Below are positions 40,260-49,632 of a DNA stretch of 64,000 bases, in pieces. The notes under the pieces were generated by a model, which did not search any database, was not told the DNA's origin, and saw nothing but the letters and a program-made list of their open reading frames with translations. The first letter of the stretch is position 1. The number at the start of each line of letters is the position of its first letter. Source of the DNA: a virus; IMG/VR virus record IMGVR_UViG_3300020205_002210, positions 1 through 64,000 of that record; one strand, given 5' to 3'. A program made the translations under genes and the position numbers.

Positions 40260-41411
40260 ATGCCTAGAATAAATGGCGGAATTATTGGTAAATCAAATAG
40301 ACCCGAATTTTATAAATCTGGAGGCATCTGGACATTATCGGATGTTGAGTTATCAAGACGCATTGGACAGTGGCCGTTAGCTATTGGTAATATTTCTATT
40401 GGTGTAGCGCAAGGCACATCACCATATATACAAATATATCCATGGACCACCGGTACAGGATTTGGCGCTAAGTATGCGGATCCAGCTACATTACCCACTG
40501 GTGTTGGGAATGGAATAGATTTCAGTCCTAGTGGATCAGATGTTGGTGTTGCTCATACTACTACACCTTTTGTCTCTATATATCCATGGAGTAGTATTGG
40601 ATTTGGTACCAAGTATGCTAACCCAGTTACATTGCCGTCGAGCGCTGGCCAAGGAATAAATTTCAGTCCTAGTGGATCGGATGTTGGTGTTGCTCATACT
40701 ACTACACCTTTTGTGGCTATATATCCGTGGACCACTGGTACAGGATTTGGTACCAAGTATGCTAACCCATCTACATTGCCCGCCAGTCACGGCCAAGGAA
40801 TAAATTTCAGTCCTAGTGGAACAGATGTTGGTGTTGCACATCAGAGTTCACCTTATGTCTCCATATATCCATGGACCACTGGTACAGGATTTGGTACCAA
40901 GTATGCTAACCCAGCTACATTGCCGCCGAACAATGGCAATGCCGTGAATTTCAGTCCTAGTGGAACAGATGTAGGTATTGCCAATTCAACCACGACACCT
41001 TATGTCGGCATATATCCATGGACCACTGGTACAGGATTTGGTACGAGGTATGCTAACCCAGGTACATCACCTGGTGATAGCGTAAATGGAATTAATTTCA
41101 GTCCTAGTGGATTAGATGTGGCTTTGGCCGGCGCCGCAAGCCCATATTTATTTTTATATCCATGGACCACCGGTACAGGATTTGGTACCAAGTATGCTAA
41201 CCCAGCTACACTACCCTCCGGAGCAACCGGATACGATGTATCTTTCAGTCCTTATGGAAATGATATTGCATATGTAAATGGAACAGTAACACCAAGTATA
41301 TCCGTATATCCATGGATTTCGGGTACAGGATTTGGCACCAAGTATGCTAATCCGAACATTGCCACTTCTAGCACAGTGAACTCGGTGTCTTTTGCTGCGC
41401 TTGCAGCTTAA
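40260..41411 (+). CDS. 7-repeat beta-propeller (WD40-like) putative receptor-binding tip
   Basis: GQWP N-motif, then 7 repeats of about 47 aa (YPWTTGTGFGTKYANP...FSPSG). Confidence 0.7.
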   Translation: MPRINGGIIGKSNRPEFYKSGGIWTLSDVELSRRIGQWPLAIGNISIGVAQGTSPYIQIYPWTTGTGFGAKYADPATLPTGVGNGIDFSPSGSDVGVAHTTTPFVSIYPWSSIGFGTKYANPVTLPSSAGQGINFSPSGSDVGVAHTTTPFVAIYPWTTGTGFGTKYANPSTLPASHGQGINFSPSGTDVGVAHQSSPYVSIYPWTTGTGFGTKYANPATLPPNNGNAVNFSPSGTDVGIANSTTTPYVGIYPWTTGTGFGTRYANPGTSPGDSVNGINFSPSGLDVALAGAASPYLFLYPWTTGTGFGTKYANPATLPSGATGYDVSFSPYGNDIAYVNGTVTPSISVYPWISGTGFGTKYANPNIATSSTVNSVSFAALAA

Positions 41412-41432
41412 TTATTTAAAAAGGAAAATAAA

Positions 41433-41807
41433 ATGAGTTTTTATACTATTACGGAACAGAAAAAATTTGAAGCAATCGCAGATGCGGTTGTTGGTCGAGA
41501 AGAAGAAATTTTTAGTTACGATATAAATATCACTAACTATGAAACAATGTTGATAACACTACCAGAAGGAGAATGGCCGCAACATCTCGTTCAGTATCAG
41601 AGATCAACACTGGATCAGGTACCCGATGAATACGATCAAACAGTTTCAGACTACCAATACAGAGATAGGATCAAGAGTCTTTTAAAAACCGAAAGACTTG
41701 AAAGAAGTAAATCTTTCAAGGTTTATGAAGCACTTCTATCTCAACTTCCAGAAAACCAGAAAGAATCTTTAATTGCTGCTGCTGTACAAAAAAGATTGTC
41801 ACAGTAA
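41433..41807 (+). CDS. Helical hypothetical protein; possible partner/chaperone of 40260
   Basis: 124 aa, aagga SD, charged helical composition. Confidence 0.65.
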   Translation: MSFYTITEQKKFEAIADAVVGREEEIFSYDINITNYETMLITLPEGEWPQHLVQYQRSTLDQVPDEYDQTVSDYQYRDRIKSLLKTERLERSKSFKVYEALLSQLPENQKESLIAAAVQKRLSQ

Positions 41808-41841
41808 TTTTGATTGACATTCTTAAAAAGAACCACATAAA

Positions 41842-42033
41842 ATGCCGACAAAGCTTTCGCCTTCAAACTTAGATGAAACCCAAAACTTTTCAGCTTTGGT
41901 TCCTTCGGTATTCCAAGCAGCAAACGCAGCCTTCTTACAAGCAAACGCAGCCTTCCTACAAGCTAACACAGGTGGTGGCGGTGGAACCAGTTCAGCTGCA
42001 GCGGCAGGTTACTCATTAATATTCGGGGGATAA
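41842..42033 (+). CDS. Minimal 63-aa stalk
   Basis: MPTKLSPSNLDETQNFSALVP plus ANAAF heptads and a GGGG...YSLIFGG tail. Confidence 0.7.
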   Translation: MPTKLSPSNLDETQNFSALVPSVFQAANAAFLQANAAFLQANTGGGGGTSSAAAAGYSLIFGG

Positions 42034-42034
42034 C

Positions 42035-42406
42035 ATGGCAGCACCAAATTTAATCGGCGCAACAACAATCAATGGTAAAACAACCGGTGCAAACCTAACG
42101 AGCACAGCTGCAACTACAGTGTTGAATAATCCAGCAAGTTCAGGTAAGTGTTTGAAAGTGAACACAGTCAATGCTTGTAACTATGGTGCAGCAGTAGCAA
42201 ATGTAACAATAGGTTATTATACTGGTGCAAATGTGGGTGGAGTACAATTTCAAATTGCGGGAAATATTAGTGTACCTGGAAATAGTACATTAAATGTGAT
42301 TGATAAATCTAGTCAATATTATCTAGAAGAAGGTACTAGTTTAGGAGCCACTGTAGGCACAGCCAATACAATCATTGTAACTTGCAGTTATGAGGATATA
42401 AGTTAA
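42035..42406 (+). CDS. ~120-aa adaptor protein (paralogue 4)
   Basis: MAAPNLI...ISVPGNSTL...YYLEEG...CSYEDIS. Confidence 0.65.
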   Translation: MAAPNLIGATTINGKTTGANLTSTAATTVLNNPASSGKCLKVNTVNACNYGAAVANVTIGYYTGANVGGVQFQIAGNISVPGNSTLNVIDKSSQYYLEEGTSLGATVGTANTIIVTCSYEDIS

Positions 42407-42407
42407 C

Positions 42408-43397
42408 ATGGTGAAGAGATATCAAAGTGGATTAATATCTGCTAACAATTCACCAACTAATATTTCACAAACATCTGGTTTTTTTAATATTAGTCAGCAA
42501 ATGCAAGCCAAACAAGAGGGATTATGGCCACAAGCAAATAACAAAATAGACTCTTCTAGTGGCACAATTTTTACATCCACTCGACAGGTGGTATCTGGTC
42601 AAGTAATACAATATAAATATCATGCTTTTTTATCCTCTTCCACTTTTGTGACAACCGGTAATGGCGTAGTTGATATATTAGTTGTCGGCGCCGGCGGCGG
42701 TGGTGGCGGAGGTGGCGCCACGAACCAAGGTGGTGATGGCGGTTCCGGCGCCGGCGTTGTAGTAATATCTAATCGATCTATTGCATCAAATACATATACA
42801 ATTACTATTGGCGGCGGCGGATCAGGCGGAGCTCTTAGTGCGTCCGCTGGTGCAAATGGTTCAAATGGTACATTTAGTTCTGTAAGTGGAATTGTTGGAG
42901 CTAACTCAGCTGGCGGATTATTTGGCCGTGGTGGCGGCAATGGTGCGGCTTATCGAGCAGGAAATGGCGCCGGCGGCACCTGGACTGGTACCGCATCAGC
43001 AACTGCGGGTCTAACACCAGGTATTGGATTGGGAGTAGATTTTTTTAACCTAGTTGATTTGGGTGAAAACACACCGGTAAGAAATTTTAGATTTGACACG
43101 GCAAACGGACTCATATACTTTGCAAGCGGCGGCACTAGTACATGGGCATCGACCACCAGCTCCGGTGGATCACCCGGAAGTGCCCGGGGGAATGCTGCGC
43201 TTGGCGGCGGCGCAGGCTGGGTAGTGACACAAACCTTTGGTGATACCGGATTGAATGCAACGAATGATGTACGACTTCTCCGTCAAGCTGCACCAAATAT
43301 GGGTGGCGGTGGAGCTTCTGGATTTCGTGCTAGCGGATCCGCTAGCGATGGAAGTACTGGAGGTAGCGGGTTAGTTGTCATAAGATACAGAATATAA
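42408..43397 (+). CDS. Glycine-rich domain protein; putative receptor-binding tip
   Basis: GLWP N-motif, VDILVVGAGGGGGG, GSGLVVIRY. Confidence 0.7.
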   Translation: MVKRYQSGLISANNSPTNISQTSGFFNISQQMQAKQEGLWPQANNKIDSSSGTIFTSTRQVVSGQVIQYKYHAFLSSSTFVTTGNGVVDILVVGAGGGGGGGGATNQGGDGGSGAGVVVISNRSIASNTYTITIGGGGSGGALSASAGANGSNGTFSSVSGIVGANSAGGLFGRGGGNGAAYRAGNGAGGTWTGTASATAGLTPGIGLGVDFFNLVDLGENTPVRNFRFDTANGLIYFASGGTSTWASTTSSGGSPGSARGNAALGGGAGWVVTQTFGDTGLNATNDVRLLRQAAPNMGGGGASGFRASGSASDGSTGGSGLVVIRYRI

Positions 43398-43431
43398 TTT
43401 ATTTTCAATAACATTTTAAAGGAGAAATATC

Positions 43432-43794
43432 ATGTCACATTTTGCACAAATTGATGAAAACAATATAGTAACTAGAGTACTAGTAATCGAACAAGATGTT
43501 GTCGATACTGGTCTATTTGGAGAACCTAATACTTGGGTTCAAACAAGTTACAACACTTCGGGTGGCATACACCGTTTAGGTGGCACACCACTACGGAAGA
43601 ATTATGCAGGCATAGGTTACACTTATGACTCTGAAAGAGATGCATTTATTCCACCAAAACCATATGCAAGCTGGATTTTGGTTGAAGATACATGCCAATG
43701 GCAAGCACCAGTGCCAATGAATGACGATGGTAAATTTTACCAATGGAATGAAGATACATTGTCTTGGGATGAAATCGTCACTCCAACAGAATAA
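43432..43794 (+). CDS. Small Trp-rich protein; possible tail-fibre assembly partner
   Basis: MSHFAQIDENNIV...WVQTSYN...RKNYAGIGYTYD...W...W; aaggag SD. Confidence 0.65.
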   Translation: MSHFAQIDENNIVTRVLVIEQDVVDTGLFGEPNTWVQTSYNTSGGIHRLGGTPLRKNYAGIGYTYDSERDAFIPPKPYASWILVEDTCQWQAPVPMNDDGKFYQWNEDTLSWDEIVTPTE

Positions 43795-43800
43795 TAAATA
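43794..43800 (+). promoter_or_regulatory. Late promoter ATAAATA
   Basis: Intergenic, upstream of 43841. Confidence 0.55.
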
Positions 43801-43840
43801 CTAGCTTGGGTTCAATAACTTTCTAAAAGAATAAAAAGAC

Positions 43841-46702
43841 ATGTCAACAAATCTTAAACCGGGCAGATTAGATTCTAGTAAAGACTTTTCCGCATTTGTT
43901 CCTTCGGCATTTCAGGCAGCAAATTTAGCATTCTTACAGGCTAATGCTGCATTTACCGTTGCAAATTCCGGTTCAGGTGCGGCTTCATCTGGGTTATATG
44001 CGAATGCGGCTTTTTTACAAGCCAACTCTGCATTCACTAGAGCAAACAACTCGTTAAATATTACTACTGGCGGTACAGTTGCTGGCGATGTTATTATTAC
44101 TGGTAATTTAACTATTCAAGGTGAGCGCACCTACGCAAATACACAAACGGTGTTGATTGCAGATAACATCATTACTGTCAATGCCGCTATAGATCAAGCT
44201 TCTGCACCAGTTTTTAATGCTGGTATTGAAGTTGATCGTGGTTCTTCCGCCAATACAGCTCTGCTTTGGAATGAATCTACTGACAAGTGGACTGTAACGA
44301 ATGATGGCACAAATTATTTTAACCTTGCTTCAGATGCGGCTGAATCATATGCCAACGCAGCATTCTTACAAGCAAATACCGGTGTAACCAATGCGGCAAC
44401 AGCTGACAGCAAAGCAGTAACATCCGGTTCATATGCTAATGCTGCTTTCTTGCAAGCAAACACTGCTGCAACAAATGCAACAAGTGCTGGCTTATATGCC
44501 AACGCTGCGTTCTTGGCAGCCAATAATTCTACAGACACTTGGGTAAGAGGTGCTGCTAACGCAGCCAGTTCTTATGCAAACTCTGCTTATACCCAAGCAA
44601 ATACAGCAACTACTAATGCAGCAACAGCTGATTCTAAAGCAGTAACAGCTGGTTCATATGCAAATTCAGCCTTTGCCGCGGCTAATAGTAGTAATGGCAC
44701 AGTAACTTCAGTGACAGCTGGAACAGGTTTAACCGCAGGTCCTTTTATTACGGCTGGTAATACTCTCATAGTTAATGGGGTTGCTAGCTCTTACCTATCT
44801 GTGTCCGCTCTATCTGACACTCAAGCAATAGCAGTTTATCGTGGCGCATCTGGTTACCTACAAGCCGTTACTCTTAATGTCAGCGGTACAACAATCACAT
44901 CAGGCACTGTACTGACTCTCAATTCCACTAGCACAGTTCACACATCTGTCACTGCACTATCTGCTACTCAGGCTATAGTAACTTATTATGGTGTGAACCA
45001 GTACTTGCAAACCGCTACTCTTAATGTCAGCGGTACAACAATCACAGCAGGCACTATACTGACTGTTAATGCAGTTAGCAGCCAGCACAGCAAAGTTACA
45101 AAATTAACCGCTACTCAGGCGCTGGTGGTTTTTCAAGGCCAATCTCCTTCGGATTACCTAAACACCTGTACACTAAACATCAGTGGAACAACGGTTACAG
45201 CAGGTGCCGTATTGACTGTTAATGCAGTTAGCAGCGCCGAGACCTCACTCACTACACTATCAGCTACTCAGGCGTTAGTAACATACACAGGCGCGTCTGA
45301 ATACCTACAAACCTGTACCCTAAACATCAGTGGAACAACGGTTACAGCAGGCGCCGTGTTGAATATTACATCAGCCGCAACCTACTACGGAGCAGTCACG
45401 GCCTTATCCGCTACTCAGGCTGTGGTATCGTATCGTGGAACATCTAATTATGTAGAAGCTCGTACACTAAACATCAGTGGAACAACGGTTACAGCAGGCG
45501 CAATTCTGGTTGTTAGTGCAGTTGTTAGCGGCTGGCGAGCAATTACAAAAATAACCTCCAGTCAGGCGTTGTTGGCTTATCAGAATTCGGACTTATCTGG
45601 TCGCTTACAAACCGTTATTCTCGATATCAGCGGAACTACAGTCACAGCAGGCAACATTGTTACGGCCAGTGCTGGGAGTGCTTCATACATATCAATCACC
45701 ACACTTACCACCACTCAAGCATTAGTAGTATACTACGGAACAGATGGGTATCTTACAACCGCAACACTACAGTTATCCACCACAATCACAACCAGTGGCA
45801 CAGTTACACTAGCTAATACAGCAGTAACTGCGGGTAGTTACACAAACACCAGTCTGACTGTTGATGCTCAAGGTCGTATTACAGCTGCAGCTAATGGTTC
45901 TGGTAGTGATGCTGCCAGTTCATATGCTAACTCTGCATTCACCGCTGCAAACACTGCTGCAACAAATGCAACAAGTGCTGGCTCATACGCAAATGCAGCA
46001 TTCACCAAGGCTAATACAGGTGGTGGTTCTGGTCTGTTCAACTCTGCAATCAATGTATCAACTGGTTATGCAGTCACAAGTGCTTTGGCAAATGCTGTAG
46101 TGTTTACTGCAAATGCAACAGTTCATTCTATCTATATAACAAACATTGGTGCAGATGTTAATGCTGCAGTAACTATTACTGGTGACTTTACACCAGCAGG
46201 TTCTTCTGCAAATGTTTCATTGTTTAGAAATATTCCAATACCATCTCGTTCTTCTGTAGAGATGTTAAAGAAGCCACAAGTTGTCAGAACAAATGACATT
46301 ATCAAAATGCAATCGTTCTTCAATAGTGTTGCTGCTTCTTCTAATGTACACGCAACTATTGTGTATGAAACTACTGCACTATCTACATTTGATAGATCAG
46401 CTGCATTGGCTGGCACAGGTTACTCCACACTCTATACAGCAACAGGTAGTCCTGCGGTTATTGAGAGTATCAAAGTTGTTAACCAAGATACTGCATTTGG
46501 CAACCACGCAATCAGTATTATCTGGACAAACTCAGGCAACACTATACAAGGTTACATGGCCAAAGAAATTATTTTACCTGCAAACTCTACAATCGAGTTG
46601 TGTGAGGCACCAAAATATCTGTCAACTGGAGATAAACTAGATATCTTTTCATCATTCGCCAACGTAGTATCGGTGTTCGTATCCGCTAAACGCACTTCAT
46701 AA
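43841..46702 (+). CDS. Mosaic stalk: heptad stalk, 7-blade propeller insert and two fused adaptor domains
   Basis: MSTNLKPGRLDSSKDFSAFVP start; 7 repeats of (T/S)xL(S/T)xTQA...LNxSGTT at about 44790-45780; two adaptor-like domains at about 46035-46702. Confidence 0.7.
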   Translation: MSTNLKPGRLDSSKDFSAFVPSAFQAANLAFLQANAAFTVANSGSGAASSGLYANAAFLQANSAFTRANNSLNITTGGTVAGDVIITGNLTIQGERTYANTQTVLIADNIITVNAAIDQASAPVFNAGIEVDRGSSANTALLWNESTDKWTVTNDGTNYFNLASDAAESYANAAFLQANTGVTNAATADSKAVTSGSYANAAFLQANTAATNATSAGLYANAAFLAANNSTDTWVRGAANAASSYANSAYTQANTATTNAATADSKAVTAGSYANSAFAAANSSNGTVTSVTAGTGLTAGPFITAGNTLIVNGVASSYLSVSALSDTQAIAVYRGASGYLQAVTLNVSGTTITSGTVLTLNSTSTVHTSVTALSATQAIVTYYGVNQYLQTATLNVSGTTITAGTILTVNAVSSQHSKVTKLTATQALVVFQGQSPSDYLNTCTLNISGTTVTAGAVLTVNAVSSAETSLTTLSATQALVTYTGASEYLQTCTLNISGTTVTAGAVLNITSAATYYGAVTALSATQAVVSYRGTSNYVEARTLNISGTTVTAGAILVVSAVVSGWRAITKITSSQALLAYQNSDLSGRLQTVILDISGTTVTAGNIVTASAGSASYISITTLTTTQALVVYYGTDGYLTTATLQLSTTITTSGTVTLANTAVTAGSYTNTSLTVDAQGRITAAANGSGSDAASSYANSAFTAANTAATNATSAGSYANAAFTKANTGGGSGLFNSAINVSTGYAVTSALANAVVFTANATVHSIYITNIGADVNAAVTITGDFTPAGSSANVSLFRNIPIPSRSSVEMLKKPQVVRTNDIIKMQSFFNSVAASSNVHATIVYETTALSTFDRSAALAGTGYSTLYTATGSPAVIESIKVVNQDTAFGNHAISIIWTNSGNTIQGYMAKEIILPANSTIELCEAPKYLSTGDKLDIFSSFANVVSVFVSAKRTS

Positions 46703-46712
46703 GAGAAACACT

Positions 46713-47972
46713 ATGGCAATTAGTGGAATATTGACAAGTCGGAATCATTATAACCAGAGGGTTAGTGGTTTGTGGCCGACAATTTCTACATCTCTTTTTA
46801 TTGTAACACCAGCATCGGCAAGTATCAATGAGAGTTCATCATTAACCTTTAATGTTACTGGAGGAAATATTACCAATGGAACATATTACTGGTCAATTAA
46901 TAATGTAACTACTGCGGCCGGTGATTTTTCAGCCAGTTCAGGTTCATTTACAATTACAAACAATGCTGGTTCATTTACAGTAACTGCGGCCGCTGATGCA
47001 ACAACTGAAGGTAGTGAAACATTTACAGTATCAGTACGAACCGGTAGTGTTAGTGGTACTGTAGTTGCCACAAGTAGTTCGGTAACGATTAATGATACTA
47101 GTTTGACACCTGCTTCAACCAACCAATCGGCCATTTTTGGTAGCAGCACCTATGATGGTGTGAATTTTACCAATTTAGTTTCAAACACTGGAGTCGTTCA
47201 GAATAATGTTGCGGGTGTTGGTACTAATAGGGCTGGTTATGCCGGTTCAAATTACGGTACAGATAAGGCAATTTTTGCGTTTGGTGAATCTACAAATGAA
47301 AGAAAATTAATTTCAAACACCGGCGTTGTAGCATCAGCTGTTTCGGGTATAGGAACGATTCGTTACTACCTCGCGGCCGCTCCATTTGGCGGCGACAAAG
47401 CTATATTTGGTTATGGCATTGGGCCCGGTTCCGTTAGAGTATCATTAACCAACCTAGTATCAAACACTGGCGTTGTTGCTAGTGACGTAAGCGGAGTAGG
47501 AACAATTAGAGGCCAGCTAGCTGCAACAAAATATGGCACAGATAAAGCTATATTTGGATATGGTACTGGGGCTAGCAACTATTCACTAACCAACCTAGTA
47601 TCAAACACTGGCGTTGTTGCTTCTGATACTGCTGGTGTTGGTACTGTTAGATACTGGCTTGCAGCTGTAACCTATGGCACAGATAAAGCTATGTTTGGTT
47701 ATGGACTAGGTGCAGCTAATTATTCACTAACCAACCTAATATCAAATACAGGTGTGGTATCTACTGACACTACGGGTGTTGGTACTGCTAGATGGGGATT
47801 AGGAGGCGCAGGTTATAGTACAGATAAAGGCATATTTGCTTATGGTGCGGCGTCTGCTGGTGTGCCGTTATCAATGAAGAATCTGGTTTCAAACACTGGC
47901 GTTGTTGCTCTTGATGCAGCGGGTGTAGGTACTGCCAAGTCGGTCATTACCGCGGCTTCTTTCGGTTCATAA
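46713..47972 (+). CDS. Calx-beta-like Ig domain plus 6-repeat Kelch-like propeller; putative tip
   Basis: GLWP N-motif; ADATTEGSETFTVSV; TNLVSNTGVV...GTDKAIFGYG repeats. Confidence 0.7.
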   Translation: MAISGILTSRNHYNQRVSGLWPTISTSLFIVTPASASINESSSLTFNVTGGNITNGTYYWSINNVTTAAGDFSASSGSFTITNNAGSFTVTAAADATTEGSETFTVSVRTGSVSGTVVATSSSVTINDTSLTPASTNQSAIFGSSTYDGVNFTNLVSNTGVVQNNVAGVGTNRAGYAGSNYGTDKAIFAFGESTNERKLISNTGVVASAVSGIGTIRYYLAAAPFGGDKAIFGYGIGPGSVRVSLTNLVSNTGVVASDVSGVGTIRGQLAATKYGTDKAIFGYGTGASNYSLTNLVSNTGVVASDTAGVGTVRYWLAAVTYGTDKAMFGYGLGAANYSLTNLISNTGVVSTDTTGVGTARWGLGGAGYSTDKGIFAYGAASAGVPLSMKNLVSNTGVVALDAAGVGTAKSVITAASFGS

Positions 47973-47984
47973 CAATTAACCAAC

Positions 47985-47991
47985 CTAAATA
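47985..47991 (+). promoter_or_regulatory. Late-promoter-like CTAAATA
   Basis: Intergenic, upstream of 48025. Confidence 0.4.
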
Positions 47992-48024
47992 TTTTTTTAC
48001 AACAACCTTTTTTATGGATAAATT

Positions 48025-48630
48025 ATGGCATCAAATCTAAACTCTGAATTCAACTATCGTTATCAAGTTATTGGTAGCACACCGTGGGAAAAAATTAAAA
48101 CTCTACAAGGATTCTTAGTCGGTAGAAAACGCGCAGCAGTGCTTGAAGAATGTGCTGAACTTAAATATCAAGCTAAACTAGAAGAGTTGGATCACCTAAG
48201 ATCAATACCGGCAGCAAAGCACCTGATTCTAAATTTGCGTGCTGAAATTTTGGAATTAGAATCACACTTAGATGACCAAAAACATGCATTCGAACTTAAT
48301 CGTAAAGAGATTAAAATATTGGAAAAGTTAATGTCAGAACTTTATATGGAAGTTGAACCAACAAGACTTAAACATGAAGACGGTACACTTTATACAGACG
48401 ATGAGATGTTTGAGGAAAATGCTAACTATGAATTTACAGTAACTGTTGGTCGTGAGATTCAGGCAGAAATTATTGCCAATGGTAGACCAAGTCCTGCTAA
48501 ATTATTAAATGCAATGAGTAATCCGCAAACATTAGAGTCACTTAAATTAGTTGGGCTTATTCCAAAAGAAGCAGCCTTATTGATGCAAAATGATGTTGTT
48601 GGATTAATTGGTAACGATACAACCGAGTAA
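48025..48630 (+). CDS. Helical hypothetical protein; possible partner of the Kelch-like tips
   Basis: 201 aa, coiled-coil-rich. Confidence 0.65.
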   Translation: MASNLNSEFNYRYQVIGSTPWEKIKTLQGFLVGRKRAAVLEECAELKYQAKLEELDHLRSIPAAKHLILNLRAEILELESHLDDQKHAFELNRKEIKILEKLMSELYMEVEPTRLKHEDGTLYTDDEMFEENANYEFTVTVGREIQAEIIANGRPSPAKLLNAMSNPQTLESLKLVGLIPKEAALLMQNDVVGLIGNDTTE

Positions 48631-48637
48631 AACAAAA

Positions 48638-49621
48638 ATGGGTATTTTAGACGATATTTTTTCGTTGCGTAGTATGAATGACCTGAGAGCAGATGGGTTG
48701 TGGCCGACTAGTGTTACTCCGCCTCCAGCACCACCATCATCAGTAGAATATCTTGTAGTTGCTGGAGGCGGAGCAGGTTCTAAGTCAAATGCAGGCGGCG
48801 GCGCAGGCGGGTATAGAACTGCTAGCGGATTTGCTGTTTCTTCAGGTAGTGCATTGACAGTGACCGTAGGTGCCGGTGGCGCAGCATCGACTACTGCTGG
48901 TCAGGGTGCAGTTAATAACGCTTTGTACGGTACTCCTTCGGTATTTTCTTCAATTACATCGAATGCTGGCGGGGGTGGTTTAGCTACTGACGAGTATGGA
49001 TATGGGTATGTGGATCCACCGAGTCTTCAGTCAGTAGCCACCGGTTCGGGCGGTGGATCAGCTGGCAACACTCGTAGATTCGGTGCAAATGGTACAGCCG
49101 GCCAAGGCAATGCTGGTGGAAGATCATCCGAAAATAACGGCTTTGGTTCCTATGGCGGGGGCGGGGGCGGTGCCGGAGCTGTTGGTGGTGGTGCAATTCA
49201 AGGTGCAAGCGGATCAACAATTACCCCTGGTGCCGGAGGCGCCGGTGGTGTAGGCCTATCCTCTAGTATAAGTGGCACAGCAACATATTATGCTGGTGGC
49301 GGCGGCGGCGCGTCTTCCGCAGGGGTACGTGGTGTAGGTGGCACTGGCGGTGGCGGCAGTGGTGAACAAACAAATACTTATGGATCTAGTTACGGCGGTC
49401 CAGGTGTATTTTATTCTCCTGTAGCGGGTACAACTAATACAGGCGGCGGAGGCGGCGGCGGTCATACAGTTGATGGTCAAGCTGGCGGGTCCGGTATAGT
49501 AATTATTCGTTATGCAGATACATCCGCAGCAGCAACATCAACTACAGGTTCACCAACAGTCACGGTAGCAGGTGGTTATAGAGTGTATAAATTTACATCT
49601 TCTGGTTCAATAACATTCTAA
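48638..49621 (+). CDS. Glycine-rich domain protein; paralogue of 37789
   Basis: GLWP N-motif; C-terminus nearly identical to 37789 (AATSTTGSPT..AGGYR.YKFTSSGSITF). Start moved from the TTG at 48608 to the ATG at 48638. Confidence 0.7.
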   Translation: MGILDDIFSLRSMNDLRADGLWPTSVTPPPAPPSSVEYLVVAGGGAGSKSNAGGGAGGYRTASGFAVSSGSALTVTVGAGGAASTTAGQGAVNNALYGTPSVFSSITSNAGGGGLATDEYGYGYVDPPSLQSVATGSGGGSAGNTRRFGANGTAGQGNAGGRSSENNGFGSYGGGGGGAGAVGGGAIQGASGSTITPGAGGAGGVGLSSSISGTATYYAGGGGGASSAGVRGVGGTGGGGSGEQTNTYGSSYGGPGVFYSPVAGTTNTGGGGGGGHTVDGQAGGSGIVIIRYADTSAAATSTTGSPTVTVAGGYRVYKFTSSGSITF

Positions 49622-49632
49622 AATAATAAAAA

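Noticed and set aside
41814-41843. Sigma70 promoter TTGACA-N18-TAAAAT
   Set aside because: The -10 element overlaps the ATG of 41842, so it could not express that gene; probably chance.
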